A stretch of DNA of 64,000 bases from the human T2T-CHM13v2.0 reference genome, Homo sapiens. The translations under genes and the position numbers were made by a program. Location: the NCBI RefSeq assembly GCF_009914755.1, contig NC_060925.1; one strand, 5' to 3'. A model generated the notes under the pieces. It was not told where the DNA came from, did not search any database, and saw only the letters and a program-made list of their open reading frames with translations. Shown here one piece after another: positions 1 through 13,500 of the stretch. How positions within the stretch are numbered: the first letter of the stretch is position 1; the number at the start of each line of letters is the position of its first letter.

Positions 1-111
1 CAGAGTGTTTCCTAACTGCTCTATGAACAGAAAGGTTAAACTCTGTGAGTTGAACGAACACATCACAACGCAGTTTGTGGGAATGATTCTGTCTAGTTTT
101 GAAACGAAGAT

Positions 112-130
112 ATTTCCTTTTCTGCCGTTG
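112..130 (-). promoter_or_regulatory. pJalpha-like (A-box) site in the alternate monomer; first example, repeated every ~340 bp
   Basis: 'atttccttttctgccgttg' / 'atttccttttctaccattg' occupies the position equivalent to the CENP-B box in the other monomer and resembles the A-type motif TTCCTTTTYCACCRTAG. Confidence 0.65.
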
Positions 131-3100
131 ACCTTAAAGCGCTTGAAATCTACACTTGCAAATTGCACAAATAGAGTGTTTCAAATCTGCTCTGTCTAAG
201 GGAACGTTCAACTCTGTGAGTTGAATGCACACAACACAAGGAAGTTACTGGGAATTCTTCTGTCTAGCCTTACATGAAAAAAACCCGTTTCCAACGAAGG
301 CCTCTAAGTGGTCAAAATATCCACGTGCAGACTTTACAAACAGAGTGTTTCCAAACCGCTGAATGAAAAGAAAAGTTAAACTCTGAGAGTTGAACGCACA
401 CATCACGCAGCAGTTTCTGAGAATGATTCTGTCTAGTTTTTATACGAAGATATTTCCTTTTCTGCCTTTGGCCCCAAAGCGCTTGAAATCTCCAATTGCA
501 AATTCCACAAAACCAGTGTTTCAAATCTGCTCTCTCTAAATGAAAGTTCAACTCTGTCAGTTGAATACACACAACACAAGGAAGTTACTGAGAATTCTTC
601 TGTCTAGCATAATATGAAGAAATCCCGTTTCCAACGAAGGCCTCAAAGGGGTCTGAATATCCACTTGCAGACTTTATAAACAGAGTGTTTACTAACTGCT
701 CTATGAAAAGAAAGGTTAAACTCTGTGAGTTGAACACACACATCACAAAGGAGTTTCTGAGAATCATTCTGTCTAGTTTTTTTACGGAGATATTTCCTTT
801 TCTACTATTGACCTCAAAGCGGCTGAAATCTCCACTTGCAAATTCCACAAAAAGAGTGTTTCAAGTCTGCTCTGTGTAAAGGATCGTTCAGCTCTGTGAG
901 TTGAATACACACAACACAAGGAAGTTACTGAGAATTCTTCTGTCTAGCAGAATATGAAGAAATCCCGTTTACAACGAAGGCCTCAAAGAGGTCTGAATAT
1001 CCACTTGCAGACTTTACAAACAGAGTGTTTCCTAACTGCTCTATGAAAAGAAAGGTTAAACTCTGTGAGTTGAACGCACACATCACAAAGGAGTTTCTGA
1101 GAATCGTTCTGTCTAGTTTCTATAGGAAGATATTTCCTATTCTACCATTGACCTCAAAGCGGCTGAAATCTCCACTTGCAAATTCCACAAAAAGAATGTT
1201 TCAAGTCTGCTCTGTGTAAAGGATCGTTCAACTCTGTGAGTTGAATACACACAACACAAGGAAGTTACTGAGAATTCTTCTGTCTAGCATAATATGAAGA
1301 AATCCCGTTTCCAACGAAGGCCTCTAGGAGGTCTGAATATCCACTTGCAGACTTTACAAACAGAGTGTTTCCTAACTGCTCTATGAACAGAAAGGTTAAA
1401 CTCTGTGAGTTGAACGAACACATCACAACGCAGTTTGTGGGAATGATTCTGTCTAGTTTTGAAACGAAGATATTTCCTTTTCTGCCGTTGACCTTAAAGA
1501 GCTTGAAAACTACACTTGCAAATTGCACAAATAGAGTGTTTCAAATCTGCTCTGTCTAAGGGAACGTTCAACTCTGTGAGTTGAATGCACACAACACAAG
1601 GAAGTTACTGGGAATTCTTCTGTCTAGCCTTACATGAAAAAAACCCGTTTCCAACGAAGGCCTCTAAGTGGTCAAAATTTCCACGTGCAGACTTTACAAA
1701 CAGAGTGTTTCCAAACCGCTGAATGAAAAGAAAAGTTAAACTCTGAGAGTTGAACGCACACATCACGCAGCAGTTTCTGAGAATGATTCTGTCTAGTTTT
1801 TATACGAAGATATTTCCTTTTCTGCCTTTGGCCCCAAAGCTCTTGAAATCTCCACTTGCAAATTCCACAAAAACAGTGTTTCAAATCTGCTCTCTCTAAA
1901 TGAAAGTTCAACTCTGTCAGTTGAATACACACAACACAAGGAAGTTACTGAGAATTCTTCTGTCTAGCAGAATATGAAGAAATCCCGTTTCCAACGAAGG
2001 CCTCAAAGGGGTCTGAATATCCACATGCAGACTTTATAAACAGAGTGTTTACTAACTGCTCTATGAAAAGAAAGGTTAAACTCTGTGAGTTGAACACACA
2101 CATCACAAAGGAGTTTCTGAGAATCATTCTGTCTAGTTTTTCTACGAAGATATTTCCTTTTCTACTATTGACCTCAAAGCGGCTGAAATCTCCACTTGCA
2201 AATTCCACAAAAAGAGTGTTTCAAGTCTGCTCTGTGTAAAGGATCGTTCAACTCTGTGAGTTGAATACACACAACACAAGGAAGTTACTGAGAATTCTTC
2301 TGTCTAGCAGAATATGAAGAAATCCCTTTTCCAACGAAGGCCTCAAAGAGATCTGAATATCCACTTGCAGACTTTACAAACAGAGTCTTTCCTAACTGCT
2401 CTATGAAAAGAAAGGTTAAACTCTGTGAGTTGAACGCACACATCACAAAGGAGTTTCTGAGAATCGTTCTGTCTAGTTTCTATAGGAAGATATTTCCTAT
2501 TCTACCATTGACCTCAAAGCGGCTGAAATCTCCACTTGCAAATTCCACAAAAAGAATGTTTCAAGTCTGCTCTGTGTAAAGGATCGTTCAACTCTGTGAG
2601 TTGAATACACACAACACAAGGAAGTTACTGAGAATTCTTCTGTCTAGCATAATATGAAGAAATCCCGTTTCCAACGAAGGCCTCAAAGAGGTCTGAATAT
2701 CCACTTGCAGACTTTACAAACAGAGTGTTTCCTAACGGCTCTATGAAAAGAAAAGTTAAACTCTGTGAGATGAACGCACACATCACAAAGGAGTTTCTGA
2801 GAATCATTCTCTCTAGTCTTTATACGAAGATATTTCCTTTTCTACCATTGACCTCAAAGCGGCTGAAATCTCCACTTGCAAATTCCACAAAAAGAGTGTT
2901 TCAAGTCTGCTCTGTGTAAAGGATCGTTCAACTCTGTGAGTTGAATACACACAACACAAGGAAGTTACTGAGAATTCTTCTGTCTAGCAGAATAGGAAGA
3001 AATCCCGTTTCCAACGAAGGCCTCAAAGAGGTCTGAATATCCACTTGCAGACTTTACAAACAGAGTGTTTCCTAACGGCTCTATGAAAAGAAAAGTTAAA

Positions 3101-6090
3101 CTCTGTGAGTTGAACGCACACATCACAAAGGAGTTTCTGAGAATCGTTCTGTCTAGTTTCTATAGGAAGATATTTCCTATTCTACCATTGACCTCAAGGC
3201 GGCTGAAATCTCCACTTGCAAATTCCACAAAAAGAATGTTTCAAGTCTGCTCTGTGTAAAGGATCGTTCAACTCTGTGAGTTGAATACACACAACACAAG
3301 GAAGTTACTGAGAATTCTTCTGTCTAGCATAATATGAAGAAATCCCGTTTCCAACGAAGGCCTCAAAGAGGTCTGAATATCCACTTGCAGACTTTACAAA
3401 CAGAGTGTTTCCTAACTGCTCTATGAAAAGAAAAGTTAAACGTTGTGAGTTGAACGCACACATCACAAAGGAGTTTATGAGAATCATTCTGTCTAGTCTT
3501 TATATGAAGATAGTTTCCTTTTCTACCATTGACCTCAAAGCGGCTGAAATCTCCACTTGCAAATTCCACAAAAAGAGTGTTTCAAGTCTGCTCTGTGTAA
3601 AGGATCGTTCAACTCTGTGAGTTGAATACACACAACACAAGGAAGTTACTGAGAATTCTTCTGTCTAGCAGAATATGAAGAAATCCCGTTTCCAACGAAG
3701 GCCACAAGATGTCAGGATATCTACTTACAGACTTTACAAACAGAGTGTTTCCTAACTGCTCTATGAACAGAAAGGTTAAACTCTGTGAGTTGAACGAACA
3801 CATCACAACGCAGTTTGTGGCAATGATTCTGTCTAGTTTTAAAACGAAGATATTTCCTTTTCTGCCGTTGACCCTAAAGAGCTTGAAATCTACACTTGCA
3901 AATTGCACAAATAGAGTGTTTCAAATCTGCTCTGTCTAAGGGAACGTTCAACTCTGTGAGTTGAATGCACACAACACAAGGAAGTTACTGGGAATTCTTC
4001 TGTCTAGCCTTACATGAAAAAAACCCGTTTCCAACGAAGGCCTCTAAGTGGTCAAAATTTCCACGTGCAGACTTTACAAACAGAGTGTTTCCAAACCGCT
4101 GAATGAAAAGAAAAGTTAAACTCTGAGAGTTGAACGCACACATCACGCAGCAGTTTCTGAGAATGATTCTGTCTAGTTTTTATACGAAGATATTTCCTTT
4201 TTTGCCTTTGGCCCCAAAGCGCTTGAAATCTCCACTTGCAAATTCCACAAAAACAGTGTTTCAAATCTGCTCTCTCTAAATGAAAGTTCAACTCTGTCAG
4301 TTGAATACACACAACACAAGGAAGTTACTGAGAATTCTTCTGTCTAGCATAATATGAAGAAATCCCGTTTCCAACGAAGGCCTCAAAGGGGTCTGAATAT
4401 CCACATGCAGACTTTATAAACAGAGTGTTTACTAACTGCTCTATGAAAAGAAAGGTTAAACTCTGTGAGTTGAACACACACATCACAAAGGAGTTTCTGA
4501 GAATCATTCTGTCTAGTTTTTCTACGAAGATATTTCCTTTTCTACTATTGACCTCAAAGCGGCTGAAATCTCCACTTGCAAATTCCACAAAAAGAGTGTT
4601 TCAAGTCTGCTCTGTGTAAAGGATCGTTCAACTCTGTGAGTTGAATACACACAACACAAGGAAGTTACTGAGAATTCTTCTGTCTAGCAGAATATGAAGA
4701 AATCCCGTTTCCAACGAAGGCCTCAAAGAGGTCTGAATATCCACTTGCAGACTTTACAAACAGAGTGTTTCCTAACTGCTCTATGAAAAGAAAGGTTAAA
4801 CTCTGTGAGTTGAACGCACACATCACAAAGGAGTTTCTGAGAATCGTTCTGTCTAGTTTCTATAGGAAGATATTTCCTATTCTACCATTGACCTCAAAGC
4901 GGCTGAAATCTCCACTTGCAAATTCCACAAAAAGAATGTTTCAAGTCTGCTCTGTGTAAAGGATCGTTCAACTCTGTGAGTTGAATACACACAACACAAG
5001 GAAGTTACTGAGAATTCTTCTGTCTAGCATAATATGAAGAAATCCCGTTTCCAACGAAGGCCTCAAAGAGGTCTGAATATCCACTTGCAGACTTTACAAA
5101 CAGAGTGTTTCCTAACGGCTCTATGAAAAGAAAAGTTAAACTCTGTGAGATGAACGCACACATCACAAAGGAGTTTCTGAGAATCATTCTCTCTAGTCTT
5201 TATACGAAGATATTTCCTTTTCTACCATTGACCTCAAAGCGGCTGAAATCTCCACTTGCAAATTCCACAAAAAGAGTGTTTCAAGTCTGCTCTGTGTAAA
5301 GGATCGTTCAACTCTGTGAGTTGAATACACACAACACAAGGAAGTTACTGAGAATTCTTCTGTCTAGCAGAATAGGAAGAAATCCCGTTTCCAACGAAGG
5401 CCTCAAAGAGGTCTGAATATCCACTTGCAGACTTTACAAACAGAGTGTTTCCTAATGGCTCTATGAAAAGAAAAGTTAAACTCTGTGAGTTGAACGCACA
5501 CATCACAAAGGAGTTTCTGAGAATCGTTCTGTCTAGTTTCTATAGGAAGATATTTCCTATTCTAACATTGACCTCAAAGCGGCTGAAATCTCCACTTGCA
5601 AATTCCACAAAAAGAGTGTTTCAAGTCTGCTCTGTGTAAAGGATCGTTCAACTCTGTGAGTTGAATACACACAACACAAGGAAGTTACTTAGAATTCTTC
5701 TGTCTAGCAGAATATGAAGAAATCCCGTTTCCAACGAAGGCCACAAGATGTCAGAATATCCACTTACAGACTTTACAAACAGAGTGTTTCCTAACTGCTC
5801 TATGAACAGAAAGGTTAAACTCTGTGAGTTGAACGAACACATCACAACGCAGTTTGTGGGAATGATTCTGTCTAGTTTTAAAACGAAGATATTTCCTTTT
5901 CTGCCATTGACCTTAAAGCGCTTGAAATCTACACTTGCAAATTGCACAAATAGAGTGTTTCAAATCTGCTCTGTCTAAGGGAACGTTCAACTCTGTGAGT
6001 TGAATGCACACAACACAAGGAAGTTACTGGGAATTCTTCTGTCTAGCCTTACATGAAAAAAACCCGTTTCCAACGAAGGCCTCTAAGTGG

Positions 6091-7110
6091 TCAAAATTTC
6101 CACGTGCAGACTTTACAGACAGAGTGTTTCCAAACCGCTGAATGAAAAGAAAAGTTAAACTCTGAGAGTTGAACGCACACATCACGCAGCAGTTTCTGAG
6201 AATGATTCTGTCTAGTTTTTATACGAAGATATTTCCTTTTCTGCCTTTGGCCCCAAAGCGCTTGAAATCTCCACTTGCAAATTCCACAAAAACAGTGTTT
6301 CAAATCTGCTCTCTCTAAATGATAGTTCAACTCTGTCAGTTGAATACACACAACACAAGGAAGTTACTGAGAATTCTTCTGTCTAGCATAATATGAAGAA
6401 ATCCCGTTTCCAACGAAGGCCTCAAAGGGGTCTGAATATCCACATGCAGACTTTATAAACAGAGTGTTTACTAACTGCTCTATGAAAAGAAAGGTTAAAC
6501 TCTGTGAGTTGAACGCACACATCACAAAGGAGTTTCTGAGAATCATTCTGTCTATTTTCTATAGGAAGATATTTCCTATTCTACCATTGACCTCAAAGCG
6601 GCTGAAATCTCCACTTGCAAATTCCACAAAAAGAGTGTTTCAAGTCTGCTCTGTGTAAAGGATCGTTCAACTCTGTGAGTTGAATACACACAACACAAGG
6701 AAGTTACTGAGAATTATTCTGTCTAGCAGAATATGAAGAAATCCCGTTTCCAACGAAGGCCTCAAGGAGGTCTGAATATCCACTTGCAGACTTTACAAAC
6801 AGAGTGTTTCCTAACTGCTCTATGAACAGAAAGGTTAAACTCTGTGAGTTGAACGAACACATCACAACGCAGTTTGTGGGAATGATTCTGTCTAGTTTTG
6901 AAACGAAGATATTTCCTTTTCTGCCATTGATCTTAAAGCGCTTGAAATCTACACTTGCAAATTGCACAAATAGAGTGTTTCAAATCTGCTCTGTCTAAGG
7001 GAACGTTCAACTCTGTGAGTTGAATGCACACAACACAAGGAAGTTACTGGGAATTCTTCTGTCTAGCCTTACATGAAAAAAACCCGTTTCCAACGAAGGC
7101 CTCTAAGTGG
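6091..7110 (-). repeat. Canonical-length 6-mer HOR copy (1020 bp)
   Basis: Consecutive diagnostic 'ccaaaccgctgaatg' dimers lie 1020 bp apart. A similar copy spans 17643-18662. Confidence 0.8.
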
Positions 7111-7599
7111 CCAAAATATCCACGTGCAGACTTTACAAACAGAGTGTTTCCAAACCGCTGAATGAAAAGAAAAGTTAAACTCTGAGAGTTGAACGCACAC
7201 ATCACGCAGCAGTTTCTGAGAATGATTCTGTCTAGTTTTTATACGAAGATATTTCCTTTTCTGCCTTTGGCCCCAAAGCGCTTGAAATCTCCAATTGCAA
7301 ATTCCACAAAAACAGTGTTTCAAATCTGCTCTCTCTAAATGAAAGTTCAACTCTGTCAGTTGAATACACACAACACAAGGAAGTTACTGAGAATTCTTCT
7401 GTCTAGCATAATATGAAGAAATCCCGTTTCCAACGAAGGCCTCAAAGGGGTCTGAATATCCACTTGCAGACTTTATAAACAGAGTGTTTACTAACTGCTC
7501 TATGAAAAGAAAGGTTAAACTCTGTGAGTTGAACACACACATCAGAAAGGAGTTTCTGAGAATCATTCTGTCTAGTTTTTCTACGAAGATATTTCCTTT

Positions 7600-10500
7600 T
7601 CTACTATTGACCTCAAAGCGGCTGAAATCTCCACTTGCAAATTCCACAAAAAGAGTGTTTCAAGTCTGCTCTGTGTAAAGGATCGTTCAACTATGTGAGT
7701 TGAATACACACAACACAAGGAAGTTACTGAGAATTCTTCTGTCTAGCAGAATATGAAGAAATCCCGTTTCCAACGAAGGCCTCAAAGAGGTCTGAATATC
7801 CACTTGCAGACTTTACAAACAGAGTGTTTCCTAACTGCTCTATGAAAAGAAAGGTTAAACTCTGTGAGTTGAACGCACACATCACAAAGGAGTTTCTGAG
7901 AATCGTTCTGTCTAATTTCTATAGGAAGATATTTCCTATTCTACCATCGACCTCAAAGCGGCTGAAATCTCCACTTGCAAATTCCACAAAAAGAATGTTT
8001 CAAGTCTGCTCTGTGTAAAGGATCGTTCAACTCTGTGAGTTGAATACACACAACACAAGGAAGTTACTGAGAATTCTTCTGTCTAGCAGAATATGAAGAA
8101 ATACCATTTCCACCGAAGGCCTCAAGGAGGTCTGAATATCCACTTGCAGACTTTACAAACAGAGTGTTTCCTAACTGCTCTATGAACAGAAAGGTTAAAC
8201 TCTGTGAGTTGAACGCACACATCACAAAGGAGTTTCTGAGAATCATTCTGTCTAGTCTTTATACGAAGATATTTCCTTTTCTACCATTGACCTCAAAGCG
8301 GCTGAAATCTCCACTTGCAAATTCCACAACAAGAGTGTTTCAAGTCTGCTCTGTGTAAAGGATCGTACAACTCTGTGAGTTGAATACACACAACACAAGG
8401 AAGTTACTGAGAATTCTTCTGACTAGCAGAATATGAAGAAATCCCGTTTCCAACGAAGGTCTCAAGGAGGTCTGAATATCCACTTGCAGACTTTACAAAC
8501 AGAGTGTTTCCTAACTGCTCTATGAACAGAAAGGTTAAACTCTGTGAGTTGAACGCACACATCACAAAAGAGTTTCTGAGAATCATTCTGTCTAGTCTTT
8601 ATACGAAGATATTTCCTTTTGTACCATTGACATCAAAGCGGCTGAAATCTCCACTTGCAAATTCCACAAAAAGAGTGTTTCAAGTCTGCTCTGTGTAAAG
8701 GATCGTTCAACTCTGTGAGTTGAATACACACAACACGAGGAAGTTACTGAGAATTCTTCTGTCTAGCAGAATATGAAGAAATCCCGTTTCCAAAGAAGGC
8801 CACAAGATGTCAGAATATCCACTTACAAACTTTACAGAGTGTTTCCTAACTGCTCTATGAACAGAAAGGTTAAACTCTGTGAGTTGAACGAACACATCAC
8901 AACGCAGTTTGTGGGAATGATTCTGTCTAGTTTTGAAACGAAGATATTTCCTTTTCTGCCATTGACCTTAATGCGCTTGAAATCTACACTTGCAAATTGC
9001 ACAAATAGAGTGTTTCAAATCTGCTCTGTCTAAGGGAACGTTCAACTCTGTGAGTTGAATGCACACAACACAAGGAAGTTACTGGGAATTCTTCTGTCTA
9101 GCCTTACATGAAAAAAAACCCGTTTCCAACGAAGGCCTCTAAGTGGTCAAAATATCCACGTGCAGTCTTTACAAACAGAGTGTTTCCAAACCGCTGAATG
9201 AAAAGAAAAGTTAAACTCTGAGAGTTGAACGCACACATCACGCAGCAGTTTCTGAGAATGATTCTGTCTAGTTTTTATACGAAGATATTTCCTTTTCTGC
9301 CTTTGGCCCCAAAGCGCTTGAAATCTCCACTTGCAAATTCCACAAAAACAGTGTTTCAAATCTGCTCTCTCTAAATGAAAGTTCAACTCTGTCAGTTGAA
9401 TACACACAACACAAGGAAGTTACTGAGAATTCTTCTGTCTAGCATAATATGAAGAAATCCCGTTTCCAACGAAGGCCTCAAAGGGGTCTGAATATCCACT
9501 TACAGACTTTATAAACAGAGTGTTTACTAACTGCTCTAGGAAAAGAAAGGTTAAACTCTGTGAGTTGAACACACACATCACAAAGGAGTTTCTGAGAATC
9601 ATTCTGTCTAGTTTTTCTACGAAGATATTTCCTTTTCTACCATTGACCTCAAAGCGGCTGAAATCTCCACTTGCAAATTCCACAAAAAGAGTGTTTCAAG
9701 TCTGCTCTGTGTAAAGGATCGTTCAACTCTGTGAGTTGAATACACACAACACAAGGAAGTTACTGAGAATTCTTCTGTCTAGCAGAATATGAAGAAATCC
9801 CGTTTCCAACGAAGGCCTCAAAGAGGTCTGAATATCCACTTGCAGACTTTACAAACAGAGTGTTTCCTAACTGCTCTATGAAAAGAAAGGTTAAACTCTG
9901 TGATTTGAACGCACACATCACAAAGGAGTTTATGAGAATCATTCTGTCTATTCTTTATACGAAGATATTTCCTATTCTACCATTGACCTCAAAGCGGCTG
10001 TAATCTCCACTTGCAAATTCCACAAAAAGAGTGTTTCAAGTCTGCTCTGTGTAAAGGATCGTTCAACTCTGTGAGTTGAATGCACACAACACAAAGAAGT
10101 TACTGAGAATTCTTCTGTCTAGCAGAATATGAAGAAATCCGGTTTCCAACGAAGGCCTCAAGGAGGTCTGAATATCCACTTGCAGACTTTACAAACAGAG
10201 TGTTTCCTAACTGCTCTATGAACAGAAAGGTTAAACTCTGTGAGTTGAACGCACACATCACAAAGGAGTTTCTGAGAATCATTCTGTCTAGTCTTTATAC
10301 GAAGATATTTACTTTTCTACCATTGACCTCAAAGCGGCTGAAATCTCCACTTGCAAATTCCACAAAAAGAGTGTTTCAAGTCTGCTCTGTGTAAAGGATC
10401 ATTCAACTCTGTGAGTTGAATATACACAACACAAGGAAGTTACTGAGAATTCTTCTGTCTAGCAGAATATGAAGAAATCCCGTTTCCAACGAAGGCCTCA

Positions 10501-13500
10501 AGGAGGTCTGAATATCCACTTGCAGACTTTACAAACAGAGTGTTTCCTAACTGCTCTATGAAAAGAAAGGTTAAACTCTGTGAGTTGAACGCACACATCA
10601 CAAAGGAGTTTCTGAGAATCATTCTGTCTATTTTCTATAGGAAGATATTTCCTATTCTACCATTGACCTCAAAGCGGCTGAAATCTCCACTTGCAAATTC
10701 CACAAAAAGAGTGTTTCAAGTCTGCTCTGTGTAAAGGATCGTTCAACTCTGTGAGTTGAATACACACAACACAAGGAAGTTACTGAGAATTCTTCTGTCT
10801 AGCAGAATATGAAGAAATCCCGTTTCCAACGAAGGCCTCAAAGAGGTCTGAATATCCACTTGCAGACTGTACAAAGAGAGTGTTTCCTAACTGCTCTATG
10901 AAAAGAAAAGTTAAATTCTGTGAGTTTAACGCACACATCACAAAGGAGTTTATGAGAATCATTCTGTCTAGTCTTTATACGAAGATATTTCCTTTTCTAC
11001 CATTGACCTCAAAGCGGCTGAAATCTCCACTTGCAAATTCCACAAAAAGAGTGTTTCAAGTCTGCTCTGTGTAAAGGATCGTTCAACTCTGTGAGTTGAA
11101 TAAACACAACACAAGGAAGTTACTGAGAATTCTTCTGTCTAGCAGAATATGAAGAAATCCCGTTTCCAACGAAGGCCTCTAGGAGGTCTGAATATCCACT
11201 TGCAGACTTTACAAACAGAGTGTTTCCTAACTGCTCTATGAACAGAAAGGTTAAACTCTGTGAGTTGAACGAACACATCACAACGCAGTTTGTGGGAATG
11301 ATTCTGTCTAGTTTTGAAACGAAGATATTTCCTTTTCTGCCGTTGACCTTAAAGCGCTTGAAATCTACACTTGCAAATTGCACAAATAGAGTGTTTCAAA
11401 TCTGCTCTGTCTAAGGGAACGTTCAACTCTGTGAGTTGAATGCACACAACACAAGGAAGTTACTGGGAATTCTTCTGTCTAGCCTTACATGAAAAAAACC
11501 CGTTTCCAACGAAGGCCTCTAAGTGGTCAAAATATCCACGTGCAGACTTTACAAACAGAGTGTTTCCAAACCGCTGAATGAAAAGAAAAGTTAAACTCTG
11601 AGAGTTGAACGCACACATCACGCAGCAGTTTCTGAGAATGATTCTGTCTAGTTTTTATACGAAGATATTTCCTTTTCTGCCTTTGGCCCCAAAGCGCTTG
11701 AAAGCTCCACTTGCAAATTCCACAAAAACAGTGTTTCAAATCTGCTCTCTCTAAATGAAAGTTCAACTCTGTCAGTTGAATACACACAACACAAGGAAGT
11801 TACTGAGAATTCTTCTGTCTAGCATAATATGAAGAAATCCCGTTTCCAACGAAGGCCTCAAAGGGGTCTGAATATCCACTTGCAGACTTTATAAACAGAG
11901 TGTTTACTAACTGCTCTATGAAAAGAAAGGTTAAACTCTGTGAGTTGAACACACACATCACAAAGGAGTTTCTGAGAATCATTCTGTCTAGTTTTTCTAC
12001 GAAGATATTTCCTTTTCTACTATTGACCTCAAAGCGGCTGAAATCTCCACTTGCAAATTCCACAAAAAGAGTGTTTCAAGTCTGCTCTGTGTAAAGGATC
12101 GTTCAACTATGTGAGTTGAATACACACAACACAAGGAAGTTACTGAGAATTCTTCTGTCTAGCAGAATATGAAGAAATCCCGTTTCCAACGAAGGCCTCA
12201 AAGAGGTCTGAATATCCACTTGCAGACTTTACAAACAGAGTGTTTCATAACTGCTCTATGAAAAGAAAGGTTAAACTCTGTGAGTTGAACGCACACATCA
12301 CAAAGGAGTTTCTGAGAATCGTTCTGTCTAATTTCTATAGGAAGATATTTCCTATTCTACCATTGACCTCAAAGCGGCTGAAATCTCCACTTGCAAATTC
12401 CACAAAAAGAATGTTTCAAGTCTGCTCTGTGTAAAGGATCGTTCAACTCTGTGAGTTGAATACACACAACACAAGGAAGTTACTGAGAATTCTTCTGTCT
12501 AGCAGAATATGAAGAAATACCATTTCCACCGAAGGCCTCAAGGAGGTCTGAATATCCACTTGCAGACTTTACAAACAGAGTGTTTCCTAACTGCTCTATG
12601 AACAGAAAGGTTAAACTCTGTGAGTTGAACGCACACATCACAAAGGAGTTTCTGAGAATCATTCTGTCTAGTCTTTATACGAAGATATTTCCTTTTCTAC
12701 CATTGACCTCAAAGCGGCTGAAATCTCCACTTGCAAATTCCACAACAAGAGTGTTTCAAGTCTGCTCTGTGTAAAGGATCGTACAACTCTGTGAGTTGAA
12801 TACACACAACACAAGGAAGTTACTGAGAATTCTTCTGACTAGCAGAATATGAAGAAATCCCGTTTCCAACGAAGGTCTCAAGGAGGTCTGAATATCCACT
12901 TGCAGACTTTACAAACAGAGTGTTTCCTAACTGCTCTATGAACAGAAAGGTTAAACTCTGTGAGTTGAACGCACACATCACAAAAGAGTTTCTGAGAATC
13001 ATTCTGTCTAGTCTTTATACGAAGATATTTCCTTTTGTACCATTGACATCAAAGCGGCTGAAATCTCCACTTGCAAATTCCACAAAAAGAGTGTTTCAAG
13101 TCTGCTCTGTGTAAAGGATCGTTCAACTCTGTGAGTTGAATACACACAACACGAGGAAGTTACTGAGAATTCTTCTGTCTAGCAGAATATGAAGAAATCC
13201 CGTTTCCAAAGAAGGCCACAAGATGTCAGAATATCCACTTACAAACTTTACAGAGTGTTTCCTAACTGCTCTATGAACAGAAAGGTTAAACTCTGTGAGT
13301 TGAACGAACACATCACAACGCAGTTTGTGGGAATGATTCTGTCTAGTTTTGAAACGAAGATATTTCCTTTTCTGCCATTGACCTTAATGCGCTTGAAATC
13401 TACACTTGCAAATTGCACAAATAGAGTGTTTCAAATCTGCTCTGTCTAAGGGAACGTTCAACTCTGTGAGTTGAATGCACACAACACAAGGAAGTTACTG

